Below are positions 60,855 through 64,000 of a DNA stretch of 64,000 nt, piece by piece (positions within the stretch are counted from its first letter, which is position 1; the number at the start of each line of letters is the position of its first letter). The notes beneath the pieces were generated by a model. That model made no database searches, had not been told where the DNA came from, and saw only the letters and a list, made by a program, of their open reading frames with translations. The position numbers were made by a program, and so were the translations under genes. The stretch comes from Lobosporangium transversale (taxonomy: Eukaryota), in the NCBI RefSeq assembly GCF_002105155.1, contig NW_019028981.1, positions 1,364,001 to 1,428,000 on the forward strand, given 5' to 3'.

Positions 60855-61785
60855 GCTGGTTTTGTCCGAGTCATGATGAAAAATATATCGTCAAAAAAAC
60901 TGAGGCTATGGGCCTGTAGCACAACTAGCTGATAGCTTTAAAAGGTCTGTTATGGCTTCTTTTTTTTTTTTTTTTTTTTAATATTAGAGATCATCATAAG
61001 ATATGGGTTTGAAAGCAATATTAATACTAAAGGTTTTGTAATTTCAAGTTCGTTTACTCAAGATGCAAACTAAATAAACTTGGCCGGGAATTAACTATGC
61101 ATTGAAGTTTCATATCGTTATTTTCAACCTCTTGCTTCTTACGTACGCTGGCCTTTTTTATCCTACCATTCTATTCAACATTGTGTTTCTCCAGACGCAA
61201 TAGAAATAACTTTAACAGTTCTTACTAGAAAAAAAAGCCATCAAGGAGTATCCTTGTAGAAGTATGTAGCAAACTGCATTGTGTATGATGCGATCGACAC
61301 TATGTAGCCTGTGGTCTTGAGGAAAGCAGGTACACTTTGGAACAAAATTTTTTTAGTGCGTGCCACCAATTTTTAGTCGACTCAACACAGCTCTTACACC
61401 CATTTTCATTTAATATTGCCCAGACAATTAAGGATTTTACAGCATATTTTAGCACGGTCAAGTTGCCCTTCTATTCATGAAAACAGCCTCCGCCCTGCCA
61501 CAAAAAATGCATCCATTCATTCTATCATTCTATTCATCTATCCCTTCACTTACACATCACCTTTGCTTCACATTCATTAACGCCAGCTTCATCTGCTTGG
61601 GACCTGGCTGGTTCTTCGTGTCTCCATTCATCCCTCTTTTATTCTTCTTCTTCTTCTTCCATCCTATTTTTTTTTTTTAATTCTTTTTCTTCTTTTCACG
61701 CAGCTCAGTCAAAAAAACGACAAAGCTCTGCTCATCTTTTTCGTTTATCTGTTCACCTTGGTAATTTTTTATTTTCCTATCCAAC

Positions 61786-62274
61786 ATGGATTACTTTCGA
61801 GTCCCACGAGCACTGCCAGACGAAACGAGTCCTGATACTCAACCACAAGTAGGCGGATCATGTGAGCTAATGAGCTCCTTCGCCATCATTGTGCAACTGC
61901 TCCTTGCTACCATCGCTTTCTCTACTCTCATCTTCAAACGCAGCAAAGAAAGGCCAATGCGTCCTCTCAAAGTCTGGTAAAAGAAAAAAAAAAATTACAC
62001 TGTTGTTATCGTTACATTATTACCATTATCAATGTTATTATATCCTTTTTTGCAAGTGTCAATGCAACTCAGTATAAAACATAAGGACAAAAGACTGATC
62101 CATGGTTTGAATTCTTTATACTGTTTGTGTACCATTTAGGATATACGATGTTAGCAAACAAATTGTCGGCGGCGTTGTTATCCACTCACTCAATCTCTTG
62201 GCAGCCACACTCTTTGGACTTTCTTCTGAACAAAAGGATTCCAACCCATGCATCTGGTAAGTTCAAAGACCTAT

Positions 62275-62311
<37 letters not shown>

Positions 62312-63174
62312 CCGTCTCTGACCTATTGGATCTTGTCCTTTTACTCTACCCCTTGAAAACAAAAAATTAAAACCCAATTGAAATTGACTCGATAGGTATT
62401 TCTTGAACATCTTCTTGGATACAACATTCGGAGTGGGAGTTTTATATCTGTTCCTCAAGGCAGCAGACATGTATTTCATACATGCTAGGATGGATGAATT
62501 GAAAACTGGAGATTATGGAAACCCACCACAGTTTGAACGCTGGTGGAAACAGACCCTTGTCTTTTCTACAGGATTGATTGTCATGAAGATCATTGTCGTA
62601 ATCGTCTTGACCTGGGTAAAGATTTTTTTTTTTTCCTCTTATTTGATTTGATTGAGACAGGAAAAAAAAAAAAAAAAAAGAAAGATGTTTGACCAAGACT
62701 TTTTTTTTTCTTGAAAAAATGTAACAATAGCCTTTCCTTTTCACATTCGGCGAGTGGTTTTTGGGCTGGACATTACAGAATGAGAAGCTGCAGATTGTTT
62801 TCGTAATGTTGATTATACCCTTGAGCATGAACATCGTTCAGTTCTGGATCATTGACTATATCTTGAAGCAGAAGCCAACCGAAAAATTCCCTATCCGGAT
62901 AGACGAAGATGAGGAGGACCTCTATGGATTGGTGGGAGGTCTGGAGCGAAACTATGAAGAAGACGAGGATGAGGATGATGGGATGGATAGGACTGGTCTG
63001 AATACAGCGAATGATCTTCATTCAAGAGAGGAGCACGATAGAGTAGGTTCACATCACCATCATCAACAACCCTTGATAGACCGGCTAGAACTGGAGACAG
63101 AAGAGAACGTAGCGTCCAAACATAGAGATTCTGAGTATGGGCAATTCACTTCAGGGTCAACAAGGAGGCTTTGA
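61786..63174 (+). CDS. STIMATE/vacuolar membrane protein (DUF3661-like), 4 exons
   Basis: SCELMSSFAIIVQ..KRSKERPMRPLKVW | YDVSKQ..NPCIW | YFLNIFLDTTFGV..GDYGNPP..WWKQ | QIVFVMLIIPL.MNIVQFWIID.ILK. Confidence 0.85.
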
Positions 63175-63229
63175 AATAATCCAAATCAAAAATATGATCA
63201 TAATGGACTAACAGACCCATCCAGTGAAC

Positions 63230-63262
<33 letters not shown>

Positions 63263-63533
63263 AAAAGAGAAAAAGAAAAAAAACTTCATACCATCTTTTA
63301 GTTCTTGATAGAGTAGCAAAGAGGAGAGGAAAGAGAAAAAAGATGTTGAAAATGACCTGTACAGTACTTGGCCCACAGTAAAGGCGCACTATAAAAACAT
63401 TTATTCTTTTTTAAATCTGCAACATGTTATATTATTTGAAACACTTGTGCCTAAAGTAAGAAATCAGTAAAGTCATATGGAAACATCAACTAGCCGTTGA
63501 AAAAGTTTTTTTTTCATTTTCATTTTCATTTTT

Positions 63534-64000
63534 TTACTTCTTTTTCATGATGATCCCCAAGCCATCGAATGCAGGTAGAAGGACCACGGTTGCACGAGGA
63601 TCATTGACGACATGTTTGTTAAATTTATCAATCTTATCCCCGACAGCTTGCTTGTAGGCTGGATCATTGAATTTTATGGATTGTTGTGAAAGAGTTAATG
63701 ATGGCTTTGTAGTAGCAGTGGTGTCAACATCAGAAGCAGCAGCAGTGGAACCAGTAGCTTTGTGTCTCTTATCCGCGTCCAGAACTAGGCCATAGTAGAG
63801 GGTATTGTCTGCGAGGATGTAACCGTTCTCGGCTAACATGTCGTTATCCATAATGAAATCATAGTACTTGATGTAGCCTCCTTTATCAGCGTCTACAGTT
63901 AAGAAAAAAATAAAAACCAGAATTTATAGATGTCAGCTTACAATCCCTTCCAATACTTGAGAAGGCAAGTCCATTCAGATCGGATTCAAGTGTCTATTAC
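63534..64000 (-). CDS. SAM-dependent O-methyltransferase (caffeoyl-CoA OMT/Methyltransf_3-like), 5' part outside the window
   Basis: DADKGGYIKYY..L..NG.ILADNTLYYG..FN.HV.ND.R..VLLP.FDGL. Confidence 0.85.

Noticed and set aside
57036..61680. Numerous short Phe/Lys/Ile-rich ORFs in the long intergenic region
   Set aside because: They derive from A/T homopolymers and microsatellites and show no protein motifs or consistent splice structure.

Overview
Intron-rich fungal genomic DNA with very long A/T homopolymers in introns. The gene families present (expanded RNI-like LRR genes, a NACHT-pentapeptide-WD40 NLR, an F-box/LRR gene, an FAD monooxygenase) point to Mortierellaceae; this assignment is inference. 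Housekeeping genes are ERG12 (partial), sphingolipid delta-4 desaturase, THOC7, UTP5/WDR43, CWC18, ADE4, CCT8, SEC13, a GH16/CBM18 Crh-like transglycosylase, a STIMATE-like membrane protein and a partial O-methyltransferase. The most unusual accessory item is a decayed element at ~6.8-9.06 kb. On one strand it carries a hAT transposase remnant, an XPG/FEN1-like PIN nuclease and a spliceosomal-intron-containing Fanzor/TnpB RuvC-zinc-finger module, followed by a nested stem-loop that could be an omegaRNA scaffold. The window also holds an apparently intact DIRS1-type tyrosine-recombinase retrotransposon (42252-46428) with ITRs, an ICR and a candidate -1 frameshift site. Finally, there is a tandem pair of bacterial Lnt/nitrilase-like membrane genes that lack the catalytic Cys, one with a TA-flanked MITE in an intron. 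All calls come from manual translation and motif recognition; no database searches were run.
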